Source: Callorhinchus milii (lineage: Eukaryota). Taken from it: 64,000 bases of DNA. The DNA lies in the NCBI RefSeq assembly GCF_018977255.1, contig NW_024704742.1, forward strand, positions 93,188,001-93,252,000, read 5' to 3'. Position 1 is the stretch's first letter. Every line of letters begins with the position of its first letter. The position numbers and the translations under genes were made by a program. The notes beneath the pieces were generated by a model. That model ran no database searches, was not told the origin of the DNA, and saw only the letters and a program-made list of their open reading frames with translations. This document shows, piece by piece, positions 36,468 to 49,200 of the stretch.

Positions 36468-38728
36468 CGTTCTGGTGACTAGGCACAGATTCCACTTTTT
36501 TTGTTTTCTTTGATGCTTTTTAAGAGTAATAGTACTTTGGTACAGTCTAAATTTTAATAGCTTGTTATAGCGGAAGTCTCTTTCCTTTATCAAGAATTTT
36601 CATTAGCAATCATGATCGGGGAGGTAGATACTTTTGAGGGGTACAGGATAAAGAATGTATAAATAGATTTATTCAGTCTCGAAGATAGTGTATTTATGTA
36701 CACCAAGTGCATTGTTCATCCTGGTGCACGGCATAATACAAATATAACCTTGAGGTTTGAGTCCTTATTACAGATACATGTCCATCTGGTGCTTAAATGT
36801 TTCTCGCTGTCCTATGATTCACCCTCAGTGTCTCTGTTATGTTTAGCAGCTGGTTTAACATACTAATGTTACTTTATTTCCTTTTATTACAAGACGTGGC
36901 TATATATTATATGGCAGCTCCAGTCAGGAATTTATCTAATTTATTCTGTTGTTGGCAGTGACTGTCCCCAGCTACACAATGACATAGTTATAAAGGCAAG
37001 CTTATCTTTATATATTGGTAAGTTGGTATTGTTCACATCGGCCAGGACATCTGAAAGTATTTGACAATGTTGGATGGGAGGCCTGGGTGGGTGGGGAGCC
37101 AAAGTAGTTGCTTGGCAAGTCGGTGCCCCTGATGGAGATTGAATAACTTATCTCAACATTAGCCTAAAACCATCTTGTGAAACGATCATCAGAAGTCAGC
37201 GCATCTACCTCTACACTTTGAAAAAGGATACATTAAATTGGCCTGCAAGGGTTGTTGCCCTTTCTTGCCAATGGCAGAGCACCATAAAGAACTCTTATTC
37301 TGTTCTTAGAGAACCTGCATTAATGCAGAATTATTTAGTGAATCTCAGATGGGGATATTTTTAGGTAGCCTCAATACTGCTGCAGTGCAGTGCTATTAAG
37401 TTTTTTGGAAGTTTTGCAGTGCAATATGCACTGACCTGATCATATTGATTAGTTTTACCGCATTTTGTTTAAAGCAAATGGCAATAACTGCATCTTGTGG
37501 AAATGTTTCCTGACAAGTAAATGTTAGTTTGTACAAGGAATATCTAAATCGCATTGGCTGAAACTCGCATGCCAGTTCATACTGACAGTAGCAGTAAATG
37601 TGCAAAGGTGTTTCTTTTCATAAATTGAACTTGAGGAGCAAAGAGGTAAGGAGAGATAATCATTGTGGCAACTAGATATACTAAACCACGAATGACGGTT
37701 TGCCTACAAATAATCACTGCACTTCAGAGTCAATTCTATAAAGCGCTTTGAGGTGTTTCGATGACGCGATGTGCTACAAAGCACAGAAATGTAATTGTGG
37801 TGTTAAGTTTCAAAGATTCTGAATTTTAACCAGTAGAATTTTACTTCTGATACACAAGCTGGGGAACTAGTGTCCATTAGTGAGCCATTGCCCACTTCAA
37901 GTGCTCAGGCACTATCTCGAATGAAGTGCGTTATATAAACCCAAGTTTATTGTTGTAGAAAATTTGCAAACCAATGGGACTGGTATTGATTTCTTTTTAA
38001 AAAAAACTGCCTAGAAGTTGGAATGATGCATTTTGCAATTTGTAAAGTGTAAAGCAAAGAGTAACTTTGCTTACACTATTGTTTGATGAATGACTGACAT
38101 TGATATAATGTAGGATTTCTAGGCTTTTTTAAATGATTTTAGGTAGTTAAAAATATGGCTAGTGAATTATAAGTACTTATTATTACTTGTTTGCAATCTA
38201 TTAGCAAAATAAAATGTTTTGGGGTTGTCAAGGTATTCAGTTTAGATAAGAATTTTAGGTTCAGTACAGGAATAAACAAATCTATGCTTTGCAATTAACA
38301 TTTATTATTTATCTAATGCAGTGTTCTGGTCCCATTAGGAACTGCCTGGAAACTCTTTCAGATTGACCTGCTGTAGCTAATAGTTGTATCACTAAGTGCA
38401 GTTTAAAATTCACTCCATAACAAGTGTGGTGGGTGTGCATGCGCACCACGGCTTTGTTGTAATTCACAATTTCCTTGTATTTAATTTTTGCTCACTATAC
38501 AATATACACTTTTTATGAACTGATTACATATTTTATGTATTATCTACAGCATGGAAACTGGTCATTTATCCCTATCCCCCCCAAAAAAAAGAAAATCTGT
38601 TTTGCAGTAATTTGTAAATGCACTCTTAAGATATTTATCATGGATCTACATGTTTTAAATAGTTTGGGAAGGGAGAGAAAAAGGTTTGCAAAGGCTTTCT
38701 CACTAGGTTTCCCGTAACTTCCCCACAT

Positions 38729-41215
38729 AACAACAACAACAAGATTCCATTTATAAAGCGCCTTTCACGTCAGGAGGACGTCCCAAGGCGCTGCACAGTT
38801 GCGTCATGACCCGAGCAGGGGGGAAATGGTCAGGGTGAGGGGAGGGAAGGGAGGGAGAGAGGAGGGGGGAAATGGTCAGGGTGAGGGGAGGGAAGGGAGG
38901 GAGAGAGGAGGGGGGAAATGGTCAGGGTGAGGGGAGGGAAGGGAGGGAGCGAGGAGGAGGAAGAGAGTCGAGAGGGGAGCTGAAGGCACGGTCAAAGAGA
39001 AAGGTTTTGAGACCGGCCTTGAAGGAGGAAAGGGAGGAAGCGGCGAAGGCACTGGGGGATGGAGTTCCAGAGCCTCGGGGCTGAGAGGCTGAAGGCCCGA
39101 CCACCGATAGTAGGGCGGTTGGGGCGGGGGACGTGGAGCAGACCGGAGCCAGAGGAACGGAGGGTACGGGCAGGTAGGTAGGGGGATAGTAGGTTGGAGA
39201 GGTAGGAGGGAGCAAGGCCGTGAATGGCCTTGTAGGTGAGGATGAGGATCTTGAAATCAATCCTCTGGGGGATGGGGAGCCAGTGGAGGCGAGCGAGGGT
39301 GGGAGTGATGTGGTCCTGGTGCGGGACAGTACACGAGCTGCAGAGTTCTGAATGACCTGCAGCTTGTGGAGGGAGGTGGCGGGAAGGCCGGCGAGGAGAG
39401 AGTTCCCATAGTCCAGCCTTGAGGTGACAAAGGCGTGAACCAGGGTTTCAGCAGCGTGAGGGGTGAGGTAGTGCCGTAGTCTGGCGATATTCCGGAGGTG
39501 ATGGAAGGCGGTGCCAGTTGTGGTGCGGATGTGAGGGAGAAAGGACAGCTCAGGGTCGAACAAAACGCCGAGGTTCCTGACTGGCTTTGAGAGGTGGAGA
39601 GTGCAGCCTTGGATGCTGATGGTGTCAGCGCCTGAGGTGCGGAGGCGCTGACGTGAGCCAATCAGGAGGGCCTCGGTTTTTCGCACGTTGAGCTGAAGAA
39701 AGTTGTCTCTCGTCCAGGACTCGATGTCGGACAGGCAGGCTGTCAGGACATCGGTGGTCGTGGAGTTGAGAGTAGAGGAGGAAAGGTAGAGTTGGGTGTC
39801 ATCCGCATACATGTGGAAGTTAACCCCATGTTTGCGGATGATGTCACCGAGGGGGAGCATATAGAGGGTGAAGAGGAGGGGACCGAGGACAGAGCCCTGA
39901 GGGACACCACATGAGACAGTACGGGGGGTGGAGGAGAAGCCATTCGTTGAGACGAAGTGAAGACGGTGGGAAAGGTAAGAGCTAAACCATTCAAGGACAG
40001 TGCCTTGAAGGTTGAGGTGGGAGGACAAGCGGTGGAGTAGGATAGCGTGGTCGACCGTATCGAATGCTGCCGATAGGTCGAGGAGGACGAGGAGACAGAG
40101 GGAGCCCTGGTCACAGATGGTCAGGATATCATTGGTGACCTTGACCAGGGCAGTTTCTGTGCTATGAGCAGCACGGAAACCTGACTGAAGGGGTTCAAAA
40201 AGAGAATGGGTGGAGAGGAAAGAGCGCAGTTGGGAGGCGACAACTCTTTCCAAGACCTTGGAGAGAAAGGGGAGGTTGGAGATGGGCCGGTAGCTTGATA
40301 GCTGCGACGCATCAAGGGAGGGTTTTTTCAGGGTGGGCGTGATGATGGCAGTTTTTAATGGAATGGGGACAGAGCCAGAGGAGAGGGACAGGTTTATGAT
40401 GTCAGTGATGTGTGGGGCAAGAAAATGGAGCTGGGAGATAAGGAGTGGAGTGGGGATGGGGTCAAGGGAGCAGGTGGTTGGTTTTAGGGATAGGATGAGT
40501 TCAGTGACAGAGGGTGGGGAAACGGGTACGAAGGTGTGTAGGGGAGGATGGGTAGGAGTCGGAGTGTGGGAGGGAAGGGGTGGGTGGTGGGTGGAAGTTG
40601 GAGGGGAAGTGACCGCGGAGCGGATTCCCTTGATCTTGGATTCAAGGAAATCCAGCATCTCCTCGCAGTGAAGGTTGGAGGAGATGACCTGCGCGGGGTG
40701 GCGGGGGGGACGGAGGAGTCGGGATGTGGTGGAAAACAGTAGCCTGGGGTTGTTCTTCGCCTCCAGGATTATCCTGGAGTAGAAGGACGACTTGGCCGAG
40801 GCTAGAGTGGAGCGGTAAATTTTGAGGAGGTCCAGCCAGATTTGTCGGTGGACCGTTAAGCCGGATTTGACAAAGGTGCGCTCAGCAGCCCGCACCTGGC
40901 ATTTCAGTGAGCGGAGGTGGGTGGTGTACCAGGGGGAGGAGCGGGAGTAGGAGACAGTGCGGGAAGTGATGGGGGCAAGAGTATCGAGTGTGGAGGAGAG
41001 GATATTGTGGAGGAGGGAGAGAGGAGAAGAGGGGTCGGTGAGGGTTGAAGGCCAGAGGGAGAGGAGTTCAGAGGACTCCAAGGCATCGGTTAGGGATTGT
41101 GGGGGTAACTTCTTCCAAGGGCGGTAGAAGATGGTGGTGGGTCTGGTGGAGGTGGGGAGGGGGGTGGAGGTGGTGAAGGAGATGAAGTAGTGGTCGGAGA
41201 TGGCCGGGAATGTCG
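38729..41215 (-). mobile_element. L2 LINE, 5'-truncated, relatively young, with a 719-codon ORF2 remnant (reverse transcriptase)
   Basis: ORF 38922..41081 contains [50 protein letters not shown] and YADD; frameshift near RVLSRTR; (TTG)n tail at 38729; no endonuclease N-terminus. Confidence 0.95.
38817..38954. repeat. 46-bp G-rich tandem repeat x3 in the L2 3'UTR
   Basis: aaatggtcagg recurs at 38824, 38870 and 38916. Confidence 0.9.
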
Positions 41216-44200
41216 GACATAAATGAACATTCCCACTATTGTTTGCTCACAAATCACATAGTGCCTCCACTTCACAGGAAATAGATTGTAAAACACTTTG
41301 GGACATCGTCCAGAAGTGAAAGGTGCTGTACCAAAATTCGAGGATTTTCTTTTTTAGCAACATGGGGCTTAAATATTAAGATTTAGACTGTCATTTTAGT
41401 TCTCTGCTGTCTCCTTTGGGTTATATTGCATCTACAAATGGGGTTAAATTGGCTCCAGTTGTACTTTGATGATTTATTTAGATAGCTTCCCATGGTTGTT
41501 AAACAGCTCCCCGTTGCAAATCAAAGTCCCGTCTGGACCATAAATCCTAAGTAACCTCTTGAACATCCAACTTGTTTGGATTTATTCACAAATACAGTCA
41601 TTTCACTTTGCAGTATATTCTGTGAAGCGCTTTGAGAAATCTAGAAGATGTGAAAAGCACTATATTAAATGCAAGGATTATTATGAATAGTTTGTCTTCA
41701 TGTGCACTTGATTATCTTCTGCAGTGCGGAAGTGGACATAGTACTGTTGTAAAGTGGGAAGTGTTCAATTACTGTACTTGCATTGGGATATCTACTGCAT
41801 GAGGCCCGTTAATTAGTCTGGTGTTAAACTTTGAAAAAAGCTTTCTTTTACTGTAATTGTGGCTTGTTTATCTGACTGCTGGATAATCCAATAATTAATA
41901 ATCCTTACATTTACTATAGTGCCTTTCATGTTGGGAGGAGGTCTCAAAGGCAAGGATTATTAATATTTTATTTTTCTCTTGGTTGATGTATACAATAATC
42001 CTTGTATGATTCACATCATTCATTTTCCTAATGGACAATGATTCTCTTGCCCATGGATTGCTACAATATGAGATTGCAATTTCCCCACTTTGTTCTTGTA
42101 ATCAAGTGGAGGGTAACAAAGATTACATGAGATGACTGATATGGTAATTGTTTGACAATCAAGCCCCAGATAACCAGTGTTAATCCTAATATTTAAATTG
42201 AATAAAAAATAAATCATCCTTCACACTTAAAATAAATAAAAATGAATTTAAAATGAATAAGACAACAATATTGCATAGTTCTGTACTTGCCACTGATGTG
42301 ATGAAGCTGCGGTTTTGCCAAGGGCACCATCAATCAGTGCCAAGCTGTGGGCTGCACAGTAATGGTCCAGAATTGGCATCAGTACCGGGCTTTGCCACAA
42401 GTAGCTATTGAGGCTTAAACCCATAACCTTTACCCGGGCTTTAGAAGAGAAAACTTAAGGGTATGATGAAAGTGTGGGAAATTAGGATTACACTTGTAAT
42501 TAACAATCCTTGCTTTGGATTTAGCACCTTATCGCATTGTCGATGTCTCGAAGCGCTTCACAGGATTTTACTGTAAATTGTAGTGACTGGCGGTGAACGC
42601 CACAGCCAGTTTACACACAGCAATGCCCCACAAACAACCATGAAGTGAATGACCAATTTTATTGGGGAGATTGTTGATCAGGACACTGAAGCTCCCTTAG
42701 AGTTAGCTCCATTGGAGAACCTCCATTGGTGATGACCTGCTAGTTGGCTATTTTAGCACAAAAGAAGCTTGGGAGCAAGGAGTGAGCAGGTTGGCTGCTG
42801 CTTCTGCAGTGATTGAGATCCAAACTGCACCTGTTAGAACTGAATTTGCACTATTTAAAGAAAAGTGTTGCGCAGGACTGCACTGTCATTTCTAATTTTC
42901 AACTTTTTATTAAAAATGTGTTGCATTTGTTTTCAGACTCCATGCAAGCCATGCTAAGATCTTTTTCTGCCCCTCCCTACTATATGCCTTGAGTGTCGCT
43001 TTTTTAAAAAAATGTACTTGATGCAACGTGAGGTTTGTGAAAAAAAATCTCCACGAATAAAGGTTGCATTGTACACGTCTTGCTGAAACTTGACTAGGAC
43101 CTGCTCAGTGTGTACTTTCTGACTTTTCAATGCTCTTATCACCACGCAGCTGTCTGAAAACCTTGATACCATCTTTCTTTATTTCAGATTGCTAGCTTGC
43201 TGATTTGTTTTCCCAGTGGATTTCTCCGGTCACTGGTTTTGTAATGAGAGAAATTCTCTTGTGTTATGTCAGGTATAGACTTGAAGCTGATTGCCCTGCG
43301 GTCACTTTGCATTGGTGGCAGGTTAAAGACTTGGTATTGTAAATGTTCCAGTTATGAATTCTTAAACTATAATTTGTTCCACTTGACTCTGAGGCTCTTT
43401 GGTGTTAAAGCTAAGTCATGGGCAAGTGTTTTGCCTAATTTATTTTTTTCAGAGGAAGGGGATTGCTAATGATCTCCTGTATTCTGACAGCACGGACTTG
43501 TATTGATTTAGTGCCAGTTGCCCTCCTGTATCTCACCGTGTGATTTTTCATGTCCCAGTCGAGGGAGGCAATGTTGGCAGGTCAATCAACGCGGGGAGGC
43601 ATCTCAGCCAACCTGATACGTGCCTGTAATCACATACTTAAAGTTGTCCTGGAGAGGTTACTGATCGATGCTCAGGAACTGAAACTTCTCTGGACATGAA
43701 TGTGCCCACTAGCCCCATGGTGAATAGGTTTCAGAAACTACCTCCTGGGATTGCACTTTCTTCAGTGCCTGGCTCCAGATATCTTCACTTCATTTCTTCT
43801 GTATGCTTCATATCCTGTTCATGCACAAATCACCCGCATTTACCCAAGTATTGGATGCTATACTTGTTAGACTATCTATAACGCTTCCATGAGGTAAGTT
43901 TTTTTTCCCCAACTCTTTGCTTCCATCCTTAATTTCCAGGAACTATTGCTTTTATGACCAACTATCCTCAGACACCAAGTCTTGGATGGCCCTTCAGTTG
44001 AACATGAATAAAATAAAGTTATCTTGTTCAGTTCTCACCAGCACCACTTTGCCTCTGACTTACAAATCCCTCTGTGGTCGTGCCCTCCATACCTATGCCA
44101 TCTTCTCATGCCCTCAAGTGTATTGTTCATTCCTCACTCCAATGGGCTGAGCTTTCATTCTCTCTGTCCAGCTCTTTGGAAATCCCTCCCAAAATTGCTT

Positions 44201-44776
44201 TGCGTTGATCTTTCTCTCGGCTTCAAAACATTTTTTTCTTTGTCCATGACTTTGGTCAAAACCCTTACATTGTCTTGCCTCTCCTTCAATACTCTTTGAC
44301 ATCCTACACAGAAGATGATGTACAAGGACCAGTTCTAGAGCAACTTGCTAGATAAGAGCTCGATTGTTGTGAGGGGGTTCTTGACTGGTGTTGTTTGGTT
44401 TTAATTATGACCACTTCCCTGATACTTAAATCACAGGCCTGATGATATTAATAAGTTGTAACATTATTGGATTTTTAATTTGGCTCTGTTCTTTCCAGGT
44501 GAAGCCCGAGGTGGCTGTATAGATATTGTGTAGAGGGCATAACCTTCCAATCAATAATGGGATTCACTTCACAGATTTGCATTTAATGTTTTGAATGACT
44601 TGGTTAACTTCTACCTTTCCATGTTTTGTAAATAGTTCTTAAAGATTCTCTTCCGCCTTCTCCCTCCATCCCAACCACCTTGAGTACTTTGACACCTCTG
44701 AATATCTGCAATCTAATTTTAGAGTCTTAATATTGCTTACAGTGTGAGAATTTGGTGGAGCATTTCAACTGAAGAC

Positions 44777-45101
44777 TAATAATAATAATAATAATAATCC
44801 TTGCATTTGATATAGCGCTTTTCACGTCGGGAGGACGTCCCAAAGCGCTTCACAGAACACACTGTAAAGTGAATTGACTGTATATTTGTGGGCGAACGCG
44901 GCAGCCAATTGCGCACAGCAATGTCCCACAAACAGTCATGGATTGAAAATGACCAATTTATTATTGTTTTTGGTTTTGGAGGGATTATTATTAGGCGTGT
45001 GGAGTAAGGAAACTTGCCCAAGGTTTCGCCCTGCCTGGAATTGAACTCAGGTCTCTAGCTTGCAAAGCGAGTGCTCTAACCACTGAGCTACAGGACTCCA
45101 C
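44777..45101 (-). mobile_element. Full-length young DeuSINE
   Basis: Near-identical to the reverse complement of 6694-7032. Confidence 0.92.
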
Positions 45102-45278
45102 GAAGGAGAGGCACCATTATTAAATTAGTTCTCTTGCCTTGAGTCGATGATGTGATCTCTTGTACTGATCCATTTTGCTGTGCTGCCCATCCTGTCAGTT
45201 AACATCTTAAAACTTGTTTTTGGCACCTCTTAAGGTACCATTTCCAGTAATTAGCACTCGTTTCCAGATAGTACAGAA

Positions 45279-46258
45279 CGTCTGTCAGACATCAAGTCCT
45301 GGATGAGAGCTAACTTTCTACAGTTGAATGTCAACAAGACCGAGGCTCTACTGATTGGCTCCTGTCAGGCGCTGACAGCATCGCCATCCGTGGATGCACA
45401 CTCCACCTCACTGAGCCAGTCCAGAAACTAGGCGTCTTGTTTGACCCTCAACTGTCCTTTCTCCCCCATATCCGTGCCTTCCCCCACCTCCGCAACATCG
45501 CCCAGCTCTGCCACTGCCTCACCCCTCAGGCTGCCGAAACTCTCATCCACGCATTCATCATATCTAGGCTCGACTACGCCAACTCCTTACTTGTCGGCCT
45601 TCCCAACTCTTCCTCCCACAAGCTGCAGATCATCCAGAACTCTGCAGCTTATGTTCTCTCCCTCACCAGGCTCTGTGACCCCATCACCCTCGCCCAGCTC
45701 GACTGACTCCCCATCCGCCAGAAGAAAGAGTTCAAAATCCTCATCCTCGCCTTCAAGGCCCCCACTGTACCTTTGTGACCTGCTGACCCCATATCAACTT
45801 ATCCGCTCCCTCCACTCAGCAGGCTGTGGCCTGCTCCACGTCCCATGCCCTGCCCACTCCACCATCGGCGGCCAGGCTTTCTGCCCTATCCTTTGGAACT
45901 CCATCCCACATTCCCTTCGCCTCATTCCCTCCAGTGCCTCATTCAAGGCATGACTGAAAACCCTCCTTTTTGACCAAGACTTTGGCCACCCTCCCTGCGC
46001 TCCACCCTCCCTGCGCTCCACCCTCCCTGCGCTCCACCCTCCCTGCGCTCCACCCTCCCTGCGCTCCACCCTCCCTGCGCCCCACCCTCCCTGCGCCCCA
46101 CCCTCCCTGCGCCCCACCCTCCCTGCGCCCCACCCTCCCTGAGCTCCACCCTCCTTGATCCTGACCCCCACCTTGAGTCCAAATCCCTGACTGTCCAGGG
46201 CCTTGGGAAGTCCTTCCGATGTGAAAAGCGCTATACAAATGTAATTTGTATTGTTTTG
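45279..46258 (+). mobile_element. L2 LINE 3' fragment
   Basis: SDIKSWMRANFLQLNVNKTE and ETLIHAFIISRLDYANSLL motifs; L2 tail at ~46220-46258. Confidence 0.9.
45986..46154. repeat. 16-bp minisatellite ccaccctccctgcgc(t/c), ~10.5 copies
   Basis: 5 T-variant units, then 4 C-variant units, one gagct variant and a partial unit. Confidence 0.95.
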
Positions 46259-49200
46259 TATGAGTGCACATGCAGAATTATCCATTTTGGTAACTTATTA
46301 CGTTATTTTCATCTGATGTGGGCACTAGCTTGCTGCATTCACTTTCTTATGGAAAGTGTTTTTCTTCTTTACCCCTCTTACTCCAAACACTAAGCAGATT
46401 TAGTAACCTTTAGTAAAGGTCGCCACATTTTTATACTAATTTCAACATCTGTTAATGACTAGCAAAAATGTTTAGCAGAAGGAGCCCCTTCGGTTGTCTT
46501 TGAGATCCCTATGAGCTAGTGAAGGAGAAAACTGACCAGAGTTGTGTCCTAGTCTCCACGTATTCATCTGTGGATTGTTGTCAGGTGACACTCACTGTTC
46601 AGTCTCACTATTAAAGACTCTTCTGGAGAGTAGATGTTGACTGTGAAGCTGTCGACTAGGGCGTTCTGTTTGCGGTCAGAAGGTGATAAAGATGACTTGA
46701 GATTTCCAATTCCTGTACAAGAGTAGTTTATACTCATGGTTTCTCCACAAAGAGAATTGTTGTCCTCTGCCTTCAGTTGTGCGTGATCAGGAACCAACTG
46801 GAGATTTGGGTACTTTAACACTATTGTAGCTACTGATTTTTATTTTTGAGGGTTTGGCAACAGATGTGGAAATATATTACATAAAGGAAATCTTTTCTGG
46901 AGGAAACAGAGGGGAAACTTTTTTATTTGAAGGTTAATGACTGCATACAGGTCATACAGGTCAAACTGAAGATCCCAGTTATTGTTGTATTTACCCTAAA
47001 CTATGAAATGCAGAATATGGGTTGCAGACTTACTTGCATGACCAAGGCAGTGGGACAAAAGATCAAAGGTTCAGGAGTGTGCAGACCAAGTTTAAGTCAT
47101 CAGCAAATATTTCTTTATAAAAGATGGTAATAGATGAGTTACAAGGAAGCTAGGACAGTTGACTCATTTAACAAACTGCTTTATACCATAAGGGGAAGAA
47201 GAAAGGATAGATCTTCTAGAAGGATGAGTAAATGGCTGAAGGCCCTTATTCCAAACCTCTTGTGAACTGTTCCTACACTGATAGCGGGCAACAACATGGA
47301 TTCTTTCTCACTGATTGTCGGTGTAGTTGCAGCCGGTGCAGAATGGGTTAGGCTTCTTGTAGCTAAAGTTATTTAAGAATTATATGCAGAATTCTAGAGC
47401 GCTGGTGACAAAACATTAAAGGATTTCACCAGTAAACAACGAGGAAGGTTCAGGCCAATCTCACAAAGCATTGCATTTTCTGAGGTGACCACTTTCTTCA
47501 ATTTGCTGCAACACAGTGAATACAAAAGGAGGAAACTTACTATTTTAAGCAGAATGAACTTTTGTGTTCTCAAATGGAGTTGCGTGTTATTGCCATGTTA
47601 TGTCAGTTCGGTTGCATTGGAAGTGTAGGAGTAAAGTGTTCAGAACTACAATTGCGCTACTGTTCTGAAAGACTACAGAACTGCTACTTGGGCGATAAAG
47701 TGTACATCACTTTGACGTTTTGTGCAGTGAATTTTGAGATATTGATCTGGAGTTTACACCAAAAGTTTGGATGGACAATTTCAGGTGAATGTGCTTACCT
47801 CAATCTTTTGGAAATAAAGCTGGATTCAACTCCAGCAAAATCTACAAAGAGAAGAAATAACTAATACTAAAGGGCCTAGATTTCTTTACGTTATGTTTTC
47901 AGGATTTTAGGTTCCAGAATAAGACCTTGATCAGTGTACTTTGTTACATTATGAATTGTTGGGCTGTTTAAAAGAGATCATTGAATCTGTAATTGCTGAT
48001 CATAGAGTCATGCTGCTGTAATCTGAAGGCAGATGCTTACGATGCTCACATTGATGTTTAAATTACATTTGTGTGACATACAAGAACAATACAAAGTATC
48101 TTGTTAGTACAAAGTGCATTGTGTCATTCTTTCAAAGGTTGGCTATCTCTCGTGTGCAGCAGTGTCAGAGGAAGAATTGTTGGCTGTAATCTCTTTTCTG
48201 GTATTGTAATTGTTCTCGACTGCTCACTGGAACTCCATCCCAGAGTCCCGCCACTTCACCCCTTCCCTCGCCTGTCTTTAGATCTTTCTTTTCAACCACA
48301 CTCCCCTTCTCCCCTTGCTTTCTACCTTCTCCCCCCAGCTAGGGTTCACAGCAGATTCTGTGAAGCACTGAGACATCCTCCGGACATGAAAGAAACTACT
48401 ATACATGAATGTAATTATTACAGTGTAGGTTAGGAACTACATTCATTCCCTCCAGCAATTACATACCACTCTTCTCAACAGTGCTTTGATTTCCATCTCC
48501 GAGCACCTTTCTTCTTTTTTCCATCTCCCCTCCTCCCAGCACCTGCACCACAATTGCCCATCATTCCATTTCCCATGGCAGCCCGTAGGGCCTGTGAGCA
48601 AGATTGGCAAGTTAAGGGGAAAAGTACTGTAGATTGCCTCTTGAACAAACTAGTAAAATTCACTACTCACGAGGCTTTCAGCTGGAAGAAAAAAACATCC
48701 CATCAGTCTGGGTCAGATTCAAATTCAAGTCCTAGAATGGAAACAGCTGTGCTGCTCATTTTAAAAGTAGTTGAACTGACTTGAGTTTTTGTTGGTTTTT
48801 TTATCCCCTTTAATGTTAGGATTGCCATGCTTATCCAATATCAATATTTCTCCAACCAGCTAGAATTTTTTTTATTCATTCCCCCTTTTTCTGATGCTTT
48901 TATTTTTTTTAAAAGTTCGTCGAAATGTTAAGGTAATTCCATCTTACAGCAGCTGTACAACCTTAAACCTTTCAACTAGGTCTGGACATAATCCTCTACA
49001 TTTGACCTGTTCTCTCATGCTGGAAAGCATCTCTGTGTCCAGTTTTGAGATTTTGACCACCCTGTGATAGATGTAGTACAAAGCCACAGTAACATTCATT
49101 TTAAGTTTGTGGGGTGGGAGGAGGAAATACTTCATTTATACTTTCAGGCATGTATTTAAACCTAAATCCCTAGGTGAACATAACATTTCCAAAACTCAAC

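Noticed and set aside
45794..46285. Repetitive GGAQGGWSAGRVERRE ORFs, and a superficial resemblance to a CRISPR array
   Set aside because: A head-to-tail 16-bp minisatellite without spacers, in eukaryotic DNA; no cas genes
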